This document shows, piece by piece, positions 25,546 through 39,100 of a stretch of 64,000 nucleotides of DNA; within the stretch, counting starts at the first letter, position 1; each line of letters opens with the position of its first letter. Under the pieces are notes generated by a model. The model did not search any database and was not told the origin of the DNA. It was given only the letters and a program-made list of their open reading frames with translations. This DNA is from Raillietiella orientalis (taxonomy: Eukaryota): the NCBI GenBank assembly GCA_036172245.1, contig JAYWIR010000008.1, positions 2,480,001 through 2,544,000 of the forward strand. The letters run 5' to 3'. The position numbers and the translations under genes are program-made.

Positions 25546-28500
25546 TCTTTCCAGAATTTTGATCAAAGTACATCAAATCGTATTTACTTCACTGTTCTTC
25601 ATGTATTTCGTCACTTTCAAATCTTGAGGAAGGCGAGCATACTGTCGCACATGTTAGTCAAATGGTCTCTTCCAGCAAAGAGCTAACATTGTGTATCACA
25701 TAATTAGGACCATAAATGACTACCAATTTAAGAATTCGAAACAGCTGTTAGAAAAAACTGAGCATCGACTGTAAATGCACAGTTTGCATCACAGAGTGTT
25801 TTTGCAGCGCTCTCCGGGACAGAAGGCGACAGCACTCCTCCATCCAAGGAAGATCCTTCGAGAATTCCGCCGTTTCTTCGCGAGGGAGAGGCTCCCGAAC
25901 GGGTTGGAGGCCCCTCTGTGTGTCTCCCACGGACTTTGCGACTTCGCTCTGCGAGTTCAGCAGCTCCTTCAGAGACGACGGAAGGTCGGCCACACCCTCG
26001 TTGCGGATTTGATGAAGAACGCGGGGGAGATGGCCCTGACTGCATGAAGAAGTCGTCGTCAGGAAGGTCTTCTGCATCTCCCCTAGGCTTTAGAAGAAGT
26101 GGAGTGGTTCAACCAAAGTCCTATCCCCTCCCGTTCCAGATCATCTTGAGCTCGTTTCCCTTCCCTGTGCGTTCGCGGCTGTGTGTACAGCAGATCTTTG
26201 AGTCGGCTTCCTTCCGAACGAACTTCCGTAACCTAGTAAGAGATCTGCTTCTTCTACCCTTGTATGGCCGTGTGCCGCTTAAGAACAAACGTCTTTGTAT
26301 GATCATCGCATTCTCGATTGCCGGGCCATTCATTTAGAAAAAATCAATAAATGAAAATCAATGCAGTTAGAGACCGACATGTGCCACTCTGGAACGAAAG
26401 AGAGCTCCTTCGGGGGAGGGGCAGAACTAGGGAGACCTAATAAATAAATGAATAGGGGATGAGATGGACTGCCTCTGACGGTGATGACCGTGATTCCTGT
26501 GGGTCTACGTAGGACGGGGGGATGCTTTCTCCCGTGTTGGGTTGCTCTGCCCACACTCGTTCGGAGGTTCCCTTGGTTCCACGTGGAGCCACCCGATTGC
26601 TCTTCTCGCGTCTCCTCCGATGGAGATTGCTCTCCGGAGTGGCAGCCGCGTTCTTCCGTTTTGGTGGTCACCGCCGCTCGCACTTGATAGAGAGGAGGCC
26701 TGGAGGGGGTCCTGTAAGGCAGCATCAGTAAAGCTGAAATGCTCCCGAGATCCCAGAGTGACGGGGTGGAAGCACTACTGCTCCTCCCCCAAGATTACTC
26801 AGATCCGGAATCCGGTGGCGTTTCATCAGCACGCCTCGATGATTTGGCTAACAGTCATGCCACAGAATCCCAGCCTGCCTCCATCCCACGCTCTCGCTCT
26901 GACAAGGAGTCTGCATCAAAGTGCCGTGAAAGATTGTTTTTTGACGGGCGCTCTTCGAAAGAGGTCAGGGAATCAACATGTGCATAAGCTTTTCCGCCAT
27001 CTTTTTTGGGGGGACTGCGGATTCATCAAATCGCTTTTCGCGATCCGTTCCGAGTCCCCATCGCCAGTGCAGCAGCGAGCGTAGCGCACATAAAAGCAGT
27101 TCTGGTTCTGAATCCCGTTCCAGGTGAAAGACTTCTACCGGAAGCAGGAAGACGTGGCGAAACTCTCTCATCTCGCCTCGAATCCTTCACGCACCTGCAA
27201 AACCGGAACAAAAAGCTCAAGAGCGTTTCAAGAGTCGTACTGATACATGTCGCATCAAGTTCATCGATGTGCACCTTTGGGGAATGTGTGCGCGCGCGCG
27301 TGTTTTTCTTCAGGTGTGATGAGAAATGCAGTGCGTAAAGTCTAATCGACCCAGCTTCAGGTCAGTCCATGGTCGAAGCCCGCTTCGGGGTGGCGAAATC
27401 CATGTTCAGGTGCGTCAGGGCAGAGGGAAGGCGACGCTCGAAATCTCGAACCCGGTTCTTCACGTCCAAGCTCGAACACCGCCGCATCCGAACTCGGCCA
27501 CGAAGAAGCACGCTGCTCGTTAATATTGAATTGCTCCTGAAGTTTTCGATCCCCAGTCTTGGGGCGTGCCTTCCGTAAGCATCCGAAGCCATCTGGAAGA
27601 ACACTGTCTCCGCACAACCTGAGTTTCTGAAACACGACATGGTAGTAGGCTGGTAGAATTCATTATTCACATCGATCCCATGTATTCCTCATGGCAATGC
27701 GGATGTCAAAGATACTCGAAGTTTGCAGGGTGCAGCGCACATCTCGAGTTCGGTCACGATAGCCATGAAAAACAGCCACCCTCGCCTTCGATCCAGCCTC
27801 AGCCATCATTAGGAAATCAGGGGTGTGCACCTCCGGGCAGTTCCTTCCTTCTCCTTGCGTAGTTTTCGCTTTTCATATGGTCTGGAGCAAGATAATCACG
27901 TAGCTGCATATCAAACTCAGGGCCTGGGAAATGGTTTTTTAATGATGCCACGATGCGAGGCGAAGTACCGTAAGCATCGTCGATGACTTGATCACGGAAA
28001 TACCCATGCTGATTCCCGCAGGGGTTTCCGTCATTTTCGTGAGGAAGACGGAAACCTGGAAGGAAAAAAAGGGGGGTGAGGGGAGGAGAGAAATCATCGC
28101 CGTCGAGGACCACACGAACCGCCGCGCGCGAAGCTGCTCGTTCAGCCACGAGAAAGAAAGCAGCCGCCACCTTCCTCGAACAGCCACGGAAGCGAATCGA
28201 TCCATTCCCTCCCGGGTTCCCGGTTCCGTCCTCGGGAACCCGCTGTCCGACAAAGGCAGCAGCACTGCCAAACTGAGGTTCGGATTTGAGGCTTGATCCT
28301 TTCTGACCAGCCGGGAACGGTGAGCAGCGCCTGCAGCAGTGCGGTGACCGTGCGAGTCAATTGGCGGTGCAAGAGAGAGTCCTGCCGTCTGCCTTTTTGC
28401 ATGCGCAACGGCTAAAAGCGTGAAGGACGGGGAGATTCCTCACCTCAAAGTGTGCCGTTGATTTTGCTCATGGATAGAAAAGGTGGTGAAAGAGTGCTCG

Positions 28501-28619
28501 CGTATTCTTTTTGAAACGTGAGAACTGTGCAGGTTTTTCATCAATTATACAAATTTGGAAGATGCAGCAGCCATTTCCAAGTAATAGCTGCTGCTTCTTT
28601 CTATGGCCTGTTAGCCTAG

Positions 28620-29400
28620 GATGCTGAAAGTCTTTTTGGGGGTTCTTCTGATTTCGCTGCTTTCCTTGCAGCTTTTTTTTTTCTTTTTCCTTTTTTTTGG
28701 CCCGCTAAGCACGGAAGAACCAAAGGAGGCTCTCACTGAAAAGCTCTTTAACACTGTCCGTGCACGCCAACTGGGCACGTGGGTTTCCAGCTAGGGAGGG
28801 AGAAACCCCGCAGGGATCACCCTATGTAATCCAGGAAGGTTCCGGGGGAAGGAGTTCGCTCCTCTTAACGCTTGGGAGGGAACCCATTCTCGACCTGGTT
28901 GTCTCCGAAGGGACCTTCCGGTTTGTGGGGACCGCACTTCGTCTTTTCTCCACAAGGGAACCCGGAAAGGATCCGCCCCTTGTTTGCTCCTCCTCTGAAG
29001 AGAGCCCCCGAAGGGGATGCTTCCAGATTTTTCCTGAACGGTCGCTTCTGGAAGGGAGCAGCGCGCTTCTGACACTGGGGAGGTACCAATCCACCAGCTC
29101 CATGGTATGCGATGGAGGGGTCCCCCCCTTGAGGAGGGAACGGCTTCATTTTCACAACCGGAGGGAAACCCGAAGGGCTCCTGGAAGGTCCTCGGAGGGT
29201 CATCTTCCAATCCCAGCCAGCCAACGGGGACATCGGGGGGTTTCCGGCTTCCACCCGAACAGGCCAACCATCGTCGGAGGGGGACTTGAAACCCACGACG
29301 CATCCCCCATTTCTCGGCGTCGATCCTTCCCTGGGTGGGATTCGAACCCGCGACGTTCGGCGCAGAGACCGCAGCCACACGTCTGCCAACGCGAGCATTT
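28620..29400 (-). mobile_element. tRNA-headed dispersed repeat (SINE-like), copy 1
   Basis: Minus-strand head has an A-box-like TGGCAGACGTGTGG and B-box GGGTTCGAATCCC (29349-29337). The body (plus-strand AATCCAGGAAGG..CTGGTTGTCTCCG..GGGAACCCGGAAAGGATCCG) is shared with the 32.0, 41.1, 49.4 and 52.8 kb copies. Confidence 0.75.
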
Positions 29401-29493
29401 TTTTTATAAAATACGAGCATGTTGAAGCTCAGAGAAGCAAAACAACATACAACTTTCACGAATGTTGCCATCGCTGACGGGCATCTTTTTTCT

Positions 29494-29540
29494 AGAAAAA
29501 AAAAAAAAAAAAAACGAGAGAGAGAGAGAGAGAGAGAGAG
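29494..29540. repeat. Poly(A) run followed by a (GA)n microsatellite
   Basis: About 19 A, then CGAGAGAG... read directly from the sequence. Confidence 0.9.
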
Positions 29541-31869
29541 AAATCTTTTACGGTACGGATCTCATAAAGTAGTCGTGACTGAATTTAAACATTTTGTCAC
29601 TCTGCTCTGCATTCACAGAGTTTCGTGGAGGCTGCTTCGATCGTGGAAGCATCGTTACGGACGCGAAGGTGAGTCGAGGATCCCATCATCTGATATCAGA
29701 ATACTAAATAGAGGGCCGTGGTAAGAACCCACGCAAATGCAGCCAGCCAGCTCTGCGGCTGTTTCCTCGCTCACCATGCACAGAACAGCAGCGGTCTCGC
29801 ACGTGCGGCGGGATGCAGGACTGTCCGCGAAACCCACGACTTACCACCGTCCTGCACAGAGAATCCTGTCTCGCGTGTCCCGTGGTGCCTTCCAGGTTTC
29901 CCTGGTGAGTTTTCCACGCAAAATCCCTGATAGACAACGGGGAGCAGCTTCACAACGCTTTCCTGCTTTCCCCGTAAGCGGACATGGGAGGCCCCCAAAG
30001 TAACAGCTGAAACCGGCATCTGCCTCCGTGTGACTGGATGCCTACTTTTTTTTCCAAATACAGAAAGAAATCTCGAAAACTCTCTATTTAAAAGTGTCTT
30101 TTCAATTAGTTACTCCGTGGTAATTACATTTTCTTTTCTTAATCCTTCTCCCCCCCCCCCTCTCTCATTCTCTTCGCCGTCAAAGTTCCTGTCGCTTCAC
30201 CTGTCTATTTGATCACTTCTCCCATTTCCCTTTACCTATTCTCCCACACTCCCTCTCTCCTCTTACAGGATTGCCCATCCTTGACTGGAAAGCATGTTCA
30301 GAGAAGCTGCTTTTCAAACGGGATTTCATTTTATGCCAATCGCTCTGCGTGAGGAGCTCATTTCGACCTGGCAGTCTCGGAGAAGATTCCAAGAGAGGTA
30401 CCCGGCAACAGCGGACGATGCTTTGTTATTTTCAGATTCTTTGCATGAAACGGCCACCACCACCGCGTTCTCTCCTTCTATTGGGAACGATCGGCCATCT
30501 TTTGCCCATCGTATATTTGTAGAGCCAACTTTTCGAGAACGCTTTTACTCATTCTTTTCCTAATTGGGCGGCCACGCCTGACTAGTCCATTCACGTGCAA
30601 ACCGTGGCCTGACTCTTCAAAAGGTCACAGGACTTCTATCCTTCCTTTTTCCTTTACGGAGTTATCAAAACCAACCAAATCGCTGCCATCCTATCTGACT
30701 GCAGAAGCTCTGGAACGATCGTTTCTTCACATACGGCAAGCCCTGGCACCTTTTAAATCCAAATGGGATTCTGAGGCAGCTTCCAGTTCCAGGTACGGAG
30801 GGGTCGGTTGCGCGAAGGGCGTAAATTCGGCTTTCCAGTCAAGGAAATCTTGCACCCCCCTGGGATAACGGACCTAACTTCCGGTCCAACCGAAAGATGC
30901 GCCGGATGTTCCGCGTTCGTCTGCAGTGACCTCTTCCGCGGTCTGGTAGCAGTAACTGTCTGCAGCGCCAGGGGACGAAAGTCTGCACGATGGATGCTTC
31001 AAACTTTTTGAACTTGTGGCGTCTCCAGGAGAAGACGGCGCAAACGAAAAAATCACTAAGGCATCACGCACTCTGCAGAGAAAACAGAAGAACCCAAAAG
31101 ACTGCCACCATCCTAGGTCAGTGGGCCAACAGAAAGATGCATCTTCCTTTGACTGATCACATGAAAGGTTGAGATTCCTTCTCCCTTCCTCGGTCCGGCC
31201 CTGCATTGCGCTTCCGTTCCATCCCATCAACGGAATGGCCGTTTCTGCGTGCCGCTTATATGGCGTTCCAGTTGGCAACTTTACCAAGTAGAAGAAGCCA
31301 GCAACACTGGCTCGAGAACCAGTCCGTTTGACATCCCGCAGTTTCCAGGTCTTCACCTCAGGTGCTAGTTGTTTTTTTTTGGCCAAATGCGTGATTTGGG
31401 AAAGTCTTGCGCATGAGAGCACAAAAGGCTTTCCGAGTACCCCCCTTTAAATTTGCTTTGTGCCGTTTCCGTGCCTCCCGCAAACCTGGGGAGACGAAGC
31501 CGGCGCCTGGAAGGGAGGGGTAGTTTCAGATCTCGACATTCCGGCTTCCTTCCATGCGTTCCAACATGGTACTCTCTTCCCACCTCCCTGGCGTGCGATT
31601 CTTAAAGGGCGAGGTCATACAAGAAATCGACAGAAAACGAAACATTCACCACGAAAGTGACAACTTTCTTTCCTCTTTTCTTTAACCACAGGAACCACGG
31701 AACGAAAGAAGAAAACTGTGCTCCTGTGCCGCGAAACCTCCTATACAAACATTCGCCCCCTCAGCTCGCAAACGCGTCCGTGGAATGGAAGAACAGAAGA
31801 AAAAGAAGGAAAAAAGGTGAATTTGATGTCCTAGGACCAACTGTAGCAAGGAATCTGCGGGAATCTACA

Positions 31870-32700
31870 GAGATCCGTGAGCTGCACCGCTTGCCCGTGC
31901 AGCGCGCTCACAAGTTTGTTTTACACCTCAAAGCTGAGCTGGGTTCTTCGACACGGTTCCATGCCACCCGAGGGTGGGTAATTCTTCAAGATAAGGGGTA
32001 CCCCGGGAGGAGTCCGCCCTACGAATCCAGGAAGGACTCGGAGTCCGTTCCTCTCATGCCTGGGGAGGGATCCCCGGAAATGGAGATCACCTCCACCCTG
32101 GTTGTCTCCGATGGGGAATCCAGAAGAGAATCCTACTTCCTTATTCTCTCCGGAGGACCCCCCGGGGGTTCTCTCCATTCTTTCTTTTCTGAAGGGAACC
32201 CGGAAAGGATCCGATCCTGGAATTTCTTCTCTGGAGGAATCTCCCGCAAGGAATCTGCTCCTGTTTACTGCTCTGAAGAGAACCCAGAAGGATGCTTCCG
32301 AAATTCAGAAGGACGCAGCTTCCCCGAAGGGATCGGCTCGCTTGTCTGTACTCTCTGGAGAGGTGGTGGAGACACACCTACTCCATCAGTACGACGCGGA
32401 GGGTCCTCCCGGAATGGGGGATCCGCTCCTTCATAACCCGAGGGGAGCTCCCACTCCGTGATTCCTGGAAGGACCCGGAGGGTCGACCCCTTTTTGTCCC
32501 GGCCCTCATCGGGGGCATCCGGTTTTAACCGCTGCCAGTGTCGCACCCGGATGAATGTAGGCCAGCCCGCGTCATCTTGTGGGGTGAACTCGGAACCCAC
32601 AACGCACTGCGTCGATTCCTTCGGAGTATTCGAACCACGGCGCATGGTGCCACGCGCGGAGACCACCATAACCACACAGCCACCGATGCGGGCAGCTGAG
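31870..32700 (-). mobile_element. tRNA-headed dispersed repeat (SINE-like), copy 2
   Basis: B-box GGTTCGAATAC (32636-32626, minus). The body aligns by eye over several hundred bp with 41040-41800. Confidence 0.75.
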
Positions 32701-33299
32701 CTAGGTTCAGGAACCAGCATCTTGATCCGGTTTAAGTGACTCCATGGATGACGGAAAATGGACGTGCAAGCCTTGCGATAGGGCCTTGCAGAGGGCATGG
32801 ACATTTTCCATGCCCTTGCCTATTGTCTGCTTACCGATGTCTTTCTAAAAGGAGCCCAGCGCGCTAAACCATTTTATGAAGCGACAATAGGGGCAGGAAA
32901 GCAATCAGTTCTCTCGAGGAAGTGGGAGCGGCAACCGGAAATGTGGGCGAGCGTTTCGTCGGAAGGGAAACCCGAGGGAGACGCTCTGCTGCTGCTGCTA
33001 GGGTGGCCTGGAGATGGAAGCAGTTACGGAACTGTTGCTGTGGTGCACAAAGAGGTGGGTTTGCCCGGTCTTCCATCCACTCTGTTTTTAAAAAGACGCA
33101 CAGTCACATCAACTCATCCCCTGCTATGATGAAGAAAAAGAAAGAAGCCGCATGCAGGAAACGGATCTTGGTTGGCCTCGCAGGCGATTCAGTAAGCAGC
33201 TACAAGCGCATGACAGAGAAATCAAGACTCATTCTGGTTACGTGGAACCAGCTACCGATCGAGAGCAAGCAGCCATTCCAGATTTTCGGATCCACTACG

Positions 33300-34200
33300 A
33301 AAGGGTTTGGGGGACGGAGATTGGAGGACTGAGGCCACCCATCAGTCCAATCTCCTAAATGTGGTCGAGTGTTGTTTCAGAAAGTCCGGCGACCAGGGAG
33401 GCTTGAAAGATTGAAAGAAGTTCGAAGATGGAGGTTTCAAGATCAGTTCCGATGTTCCTACGCTTCGAACGAACGGGGCTGTTTGTAGCCAAGGGCCTGA
33501 GTGCTTTGGAGGGTTCAGCTAGGGAAGCAAGGAGGGTAGTTCCGCGGTTGGCTCGTGAGAAAGAAACTGAAAGATCGAAATGGAGGCACACAAAATGTAA
33601 AACCATACTTTGGCAAAATCAATGTTGCGTGAGCAGGAATGAGGTAGAATCTTGGTGAGGGTCTTCAGAGGTCTGTGAGCCTCTTCGTAAACTTGGCTGG
33701 TGAAGTAGTTCACAAAGAGCAGTCTGCTAAAAAAAATTACAAACATGGCTGATGTTTTAGTAGAATCAAGCGATTGCAAAAATGTAATCATCTGCATACC
33801 TATGTAAGAGACAATTAGTTCTATAGTGAAATTCTTGGATTGTTTCAGAGCAAGGATGCAAGAAGACACGACCCCAGTGATCACGCAGGCGTAGAAGACG
33901 AAGATGATCTGAAAATAGGGTCAGAATTAGAAGGCCGCAATTAGCCAGAAATAAAAAACGGTGTGCCTTCGCTTTCATTGCAAGTGTGATCGTGGTCCAT
34001 GGTAGGGTGCGCTAAACAGTCAGTGGTGCTCCATCCGGAATTGGCTGATCCGTTTCTCTCAGAGATCATTAGGTCGAAGAGGAAAGCGTGTACTATTATA
34101 TGCACCGCCGAAGCAGGTATACGTTATGGGATGGCACACCCTTGCCCACTGTTGACCCAACGAAGAATTCCCTCTTCCGAAAATTGACCTCAAGAGCTCA
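33300..34200 (-). mobile_element. Highly decayed reverse transcriptase fragment, possibly Penelope-like
   Basis: HRYADDYIFAI (YADD at 33798-33787) is preceded at about the expected spacing by PYFQ..VITGVVSSCILA, resembling the Penelope YF..G.MGS.LS..LA and RYVDD blocks; frameshifted. Confidence 0.4.
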
Positions 34201-34219
34201 GGCCTACTCGAATTGCAAA

Positions 34220-36100
34220 AGGGAATGAGAAAACTTCTTGCGGTATGTTTAACACGTAATGAGGAAGGAGATTATCATAAGCATCTCTGTTACTGGGTCT
34301 ATACTTCTCCATCTAGCACGCGTTATTGCATCTTCTCCAGGGGAGGAGCTTTCGGCACTCCGCAGTATTGCCGCTACCTCCCCCAGCGTAAATGGAAATA
34401 GGTCTATGGGGATGTTTTCTGACCTCTTCCCAGCAGTATCTTCTTCGGAAGCTCTTCGTATGATTCGTGTTTTATTTCCAACTCCTTTTCAGAATGCTTA
34501 TCTACCGTCTCAACGACCAACTTGCAAGTTTGGTCCTGATGAACTAGAATCGTTCCAACTGCTCTTCTTCTGTTTATATTGTAGAGTTTCTGGACGGAGG
34601 ATCTGTAGTTCGGATCAATCCTCAGCTTCCTTCCGCTCTTCCTTCCTGTTTTCACTTTAAGTATTTCTTGAATCTTAGTTTTCACGAGCGTGATATGTCG
34701 TGAGAAAGTCCTCCCAGCGAATCCTTTCTTCATCCAGGATCCTCTGGAGATGGATTCTATCTTCGCTGAATTTCAGGGAATAATTCGGTTTCCACGTCCA
34801 TTTTGCTTTCCTGACTCTTGGTTTCCACACCTTTTGTATTGCTTCTGTTTTGCTCGTCTCTTCTGGTGGTCGTTCTCGATCGCTCCCCTGAGCGACGGTG
34901 GCTGGGGGATGTCGGCCCAGAAGGAAGAGGGAATCACACCACACTTTGCAGTCGATAGGAGCAGGTTGCAGTTGCTCCTTTTCCTGTCTTCCTTTAGTTG
35001 ATCTTCGATCAGTGGGCCTATAATTGCTCCCAAATTGGCAAATAAACCCTCCTTCCTCCATTCCTTCTAGTGGGGGCAACGCGGGTAATATTTCTACTGA
35101 CGTGTCTTCTTCTCTCTCAACTTCTTTCTGCTCTGCTGCTTCTCGTATATTCTCTTTTTGGCTTTCTTCTCCAAGTATATTAATGAATGGGACTTCCTCG
35201 GAAGCCATGCCTCCTCCGTTGGCAGTTTGCAGCCTCCCCGCTCGTTCATGCCTGACCCGATGGTTTAGTAGGCCTTTTCTTGTGGAAAAGGCCATGTCGC
35301 ACTCCGGTCTGGTACAGACGAGTCTCGTCGAGACTTGTACCGTAACCACGGGGGCAGGCAAGGAGGGCTCCCCGTCGCAGACGTGATGCGAAGGTCTTGC
35401 TAAATGTATATCAGCACTGCATCTTCTACATCTGTATCTTATTGATATCTCATCTTCCATTCTGCACATGCTCATCATGTGCAGCTTCATTTTCTGCAAT
35501 TGGAGTCGAACTGATGCAGCCCCACCCATATAGTCGCCACCCACGACGCCACAGGCCATTGCAGATAGCAGTGGATACAATAGAGTGACCACACGAGCCT
35601 GTGGGTCCCAGTCTACCCTCTCCACCGTTTCCATTTCTTCTTCAAGTTGTGGCGGCAACCCTGGCAGACTTCTCCAGACGGACCATGACCTTCAGTGTAG
35701 ACAAGGGGTTCCTTGTCTACTCTCAGGGCAGCGGGCATATACAGCCTTAGTAGTTTCACACAAATTCTTCTTTCCTAGTGATATAAAAGAGCCAACTCTC
35801 AGGACCGACGGCATGCACTCTCCAAGCCGCTGCCGGGAATTTTTCCTTCTGCACTGGTTCTCCATACAGACTCCATTCCTGCTTGCAGTTCAACTCCTGC
35901 TGACGTGATTTGTCCGTTTAGTGCCGAGGCATTCCGAATCCACTTTCGTGTAAGCGGGTTCAAAGTTCTCAGCAGCTGCAATGAAGAATTTTCAGATATG
36001 AGGTTCTGCAACTTTTGTCTGGGAGGGGAAGGAGGGAGAGGGGTTTGCAACTGGCAGAACCCATTGCAGAATCTGCACGTCCGTCTGTCCATTTCGTTTG
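34220..36100 (-). mobile_element. 5' portion of an RLE-clade (NeSL/Utopia/R2-like) non-LTR retrotransposon, truncated at the start of RT
   Basis: N-terminal zinc fingers (YRCRRC..HHVC; CTRPECDMAFSTRKGLLNHRVRH), then SSVQKLYNINRRRAVGTIL and RT domain 0 PFTLGEVAAILRSAESSSPGEDAITRARWRSIDP (~34400-34290). Confidence 0.7.
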
Positions 36101-39100
36101 GATGGATCGGTCTGTCGCTGTGTGTCAGATTGCTTTCATATGCTTATAGGTTATGGGAGTCTGTGCTCAATATTCCTGGAGCAATGAAACTTTTTTTTTT
36201 TTTTTTCTTCCATTGAATTTTCCCTTTTGATTGTTCCGTTATTTCCTATACCCTTATACGTCCGTTTTCATATCTAGCATTTGAAGATTGTGCTTTTTCA
36301 GAAAGCCATTTCAGCATCCATGCTGCTATGGTTGCTCTTTTTTTTCTCGCTTGCCTGACTGCTTTCGGCGCTGGAAGTTCGTGAATCAGAACATCCTAAG
36401 TATTCTGCACACGTTCTTTGCTTTCAAAGATGAGTGAAAGGCCGAAAAGACACGGAATAGCGTTTAGTGCGAATTTCGAAAAGGCAGCAGTGAGGAAAGA
36501 AACTGGAATGCTCTGCGTTTCCCATGACTCAGAATTCCTTCTCAGAATCTACCGGACACCGTTCTTCCCAGATTCATCCGCCTATGGCGTGTCCCGAAAG
36601 CAGACTTTGCCTTGAACTCTCAGTCTGCAACTTGCAGTTGCATGAAACTGCAACTTGAATAAAGGTGCTTTTTGTGTTAAATACTAACTTTGACACGAAT
36701 CCCCAGTTTGTCAATTTAAATTGCTGCCAATTTTTTCTCGCACACTTCTACGACGGATGTACTCGACAAAAAAAAAACAAAAAAAAAAAACCAGCCAGCT
36801 GCCATTCAGCACTGCAACATTCTATCAGGAGAGTATTCGACGCCTATGGATTCTTTTCCTCGTTTTTAATGACGCTTGCGAAAGGCTGCAAAAGTGCTAT
36901 TCTAATTATCCTATTAATTAAGATTACGGAACATCCGACTGAAAACGACGAAATTAGGAACGGGACAATTTTCCAAGAACCGTGCAAAGCCGGCATCTCA
37001 GCCGTCGCAGATGAAAGATCCCCACTTTTAAAACGAGTGTTCCTATGCAAAACACTTTTCATCTGTTCTTTCCTTTTACTTTCGTGTCATCCCCATTTCG
37101 TGTTCTTCTAAAGCGGCCATGGGCAACCCTACTGTGGCTGCGGGCTACACGACTGTTCCAGTGGGCCGTAGTCCGTTTAAGAAATGTATGGACGGCCTTA
37201 GAAATTCAAAATTTAAGCAGAACGAAGACCAACTTCTTAAATTCTAGATCTGTCTAATAGGCAGTCCCCACCCCACCCCACTTTGCTTCCTCTTATGTTA
37301 CGTGATTGACCTTTGATTTCCCCGGTCCAACTATGAGGTTCTCGAGGTGTGGGTGCAAGGGATGGGCTCAAAGCAAAATGAGTAAGAGAGATAGGAGAAC
37401 AAGTTCCTTTTGCCAGCAGCCGTAACTTCCACAAAACGCGAAGCAAAACAATTATAGAGAGAGAAGCGAAAAGAGCACAACTTTTTGGAAACTTTATAGG
37501 AAGAATCAGTTATTTTTCAGTATGATCAAATTTTCAGATTTTCTGAATTTTCTTATTCGCAATCTGTTTTCCTCAATCGGACAGAATATATTATTTACAG
37601 CTGGGTGTAGGAGTTCGCCTTTCAAAAAATACTTAATCAAGCAATAAAAAAAATCAATTCAGGCTGACTTTAAGTTTATGGCCGTTAATCATACTCCCCT
37701 GCGATGTGAGCACCAATGAACACTCATTAAACCAAATGATACGAAACACTAACTTTTATTTATTGATTGCTTGTCATTACGGCTGATTAGAAATGCATCT
37801 CAGTGCGACTTCTGCATTTCTGTATCCTCTGGTCAAACCTGACCCCATCTGGGCAGCATTGTGAGCCAGCAATGTGGGGAGTTGCTTGTGAAGACCTTCC
37901 TCTGTGTGCCTACTCCTATTCCTGCATTTTGCCATGGTCGCTCGTAAGCACCGATATCTGAACGCACATTTTAATGGCACAGAAAGCTGCTTTTCCACGG
38001 GAACACGGGATTGGTCCAGCAAGATGCAGTTGGCAGGCGTGAGCTGCATCGAGTCCTAAGTGGATCATGAGCTTTCAAACCAGCTGACTCAAGATGAAGA
38101 TTCGAAGGGTCTGCCTGTGCCTGTGCGGAGGATCGGGTGGAAAATAAATTGCGGCTCTATCTTGATTTCATCAAATACCTCAAACCCATTTTCAGTTTTT
38201 TTTTTTCACTTTCGTTTTTTGATCTTCCTTTTCATATTTCCCACCAGCTGCCGGATTCACCGACTGCTAGTTGTAGAAGTGTGACGATGGATTTCTCATA
38301 ATTAGAATTTATATGGAAAGCAATGGAGTTCACCCGCTGCATTGGAGTCCGATATGTAATTCTGATAAATGGACAGCCATGCCCACGAGAAATATTAGAT
38401 CACACAGCCAATGACCCTCGCCCACCTCAGGCGTTTTTCACGAGCAGCTCGATCCCCTCTTCGAGTCCCTGTACACATTTCACCCTTCGGAGAAGCCATT
38501 TTAGGTGCAGAGGATGCTCGTATTCTGCCTCTCATTTCGGACACGCATCTCGGTGATGATCCAATTTGTCATCGTGCTTCTCTATTGGCAAATTTTTATA
38601 CAATATTGTTCCTCGTCAGCGACACTTATAAATATTTTTCCGGGCGGTCGTAATTCTTTCATTACAGCGTCATACCAACCATCACCTATTAGAATGATCA
38701 TCGAAAGCAATGGCAGGAGTAAGGACTGTATCGGGGGGTATTCTGCCTCTCATTTCGGGGGAAAGCTGCTCAAGCTGACAAAGCGCGTCGATTTTAAATT
38801 TAGAGAGACCCGAATTCTAAATTTTGAATGTCACGGCTGTAGCTATGAGTGCTGCTGACCGAAGTTATTCACGATGAGTTTTCCCTGCAGACTTTTGGAG
38901 GAGTGAGGTCAAGCGTCAGAGAACCTCGCACGGAGGGAGTTGACTTCCGTCTCGGGAAAAGTCTCGGTGCTGGAGGGTTGAAAATCTGGAAGCTCTTCGT
39001 CATGGAGAAAACACATCCCACAGGATTCAATGATCAACAAGATGCACACCTACAAGCAAGGGGAAACAAAAAAAATCCCTAGCAGCAATCACCAGGAAGA

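Noticed and set aside
25700..28450. Coding-looking minus-strand segments with acceptor-like sites (~28056, ~27196)
   Set aside because: Frames are interrupted by stops and no family was recognised; left unannotated.
29337..29400. Functional tRNA genes at 29.4, 32.6 and 41.8 kb
   Set aside because: Only A/B-box and T-arm similarity; no convincing acceptor stem, and each is fused to a long shared repeat body.
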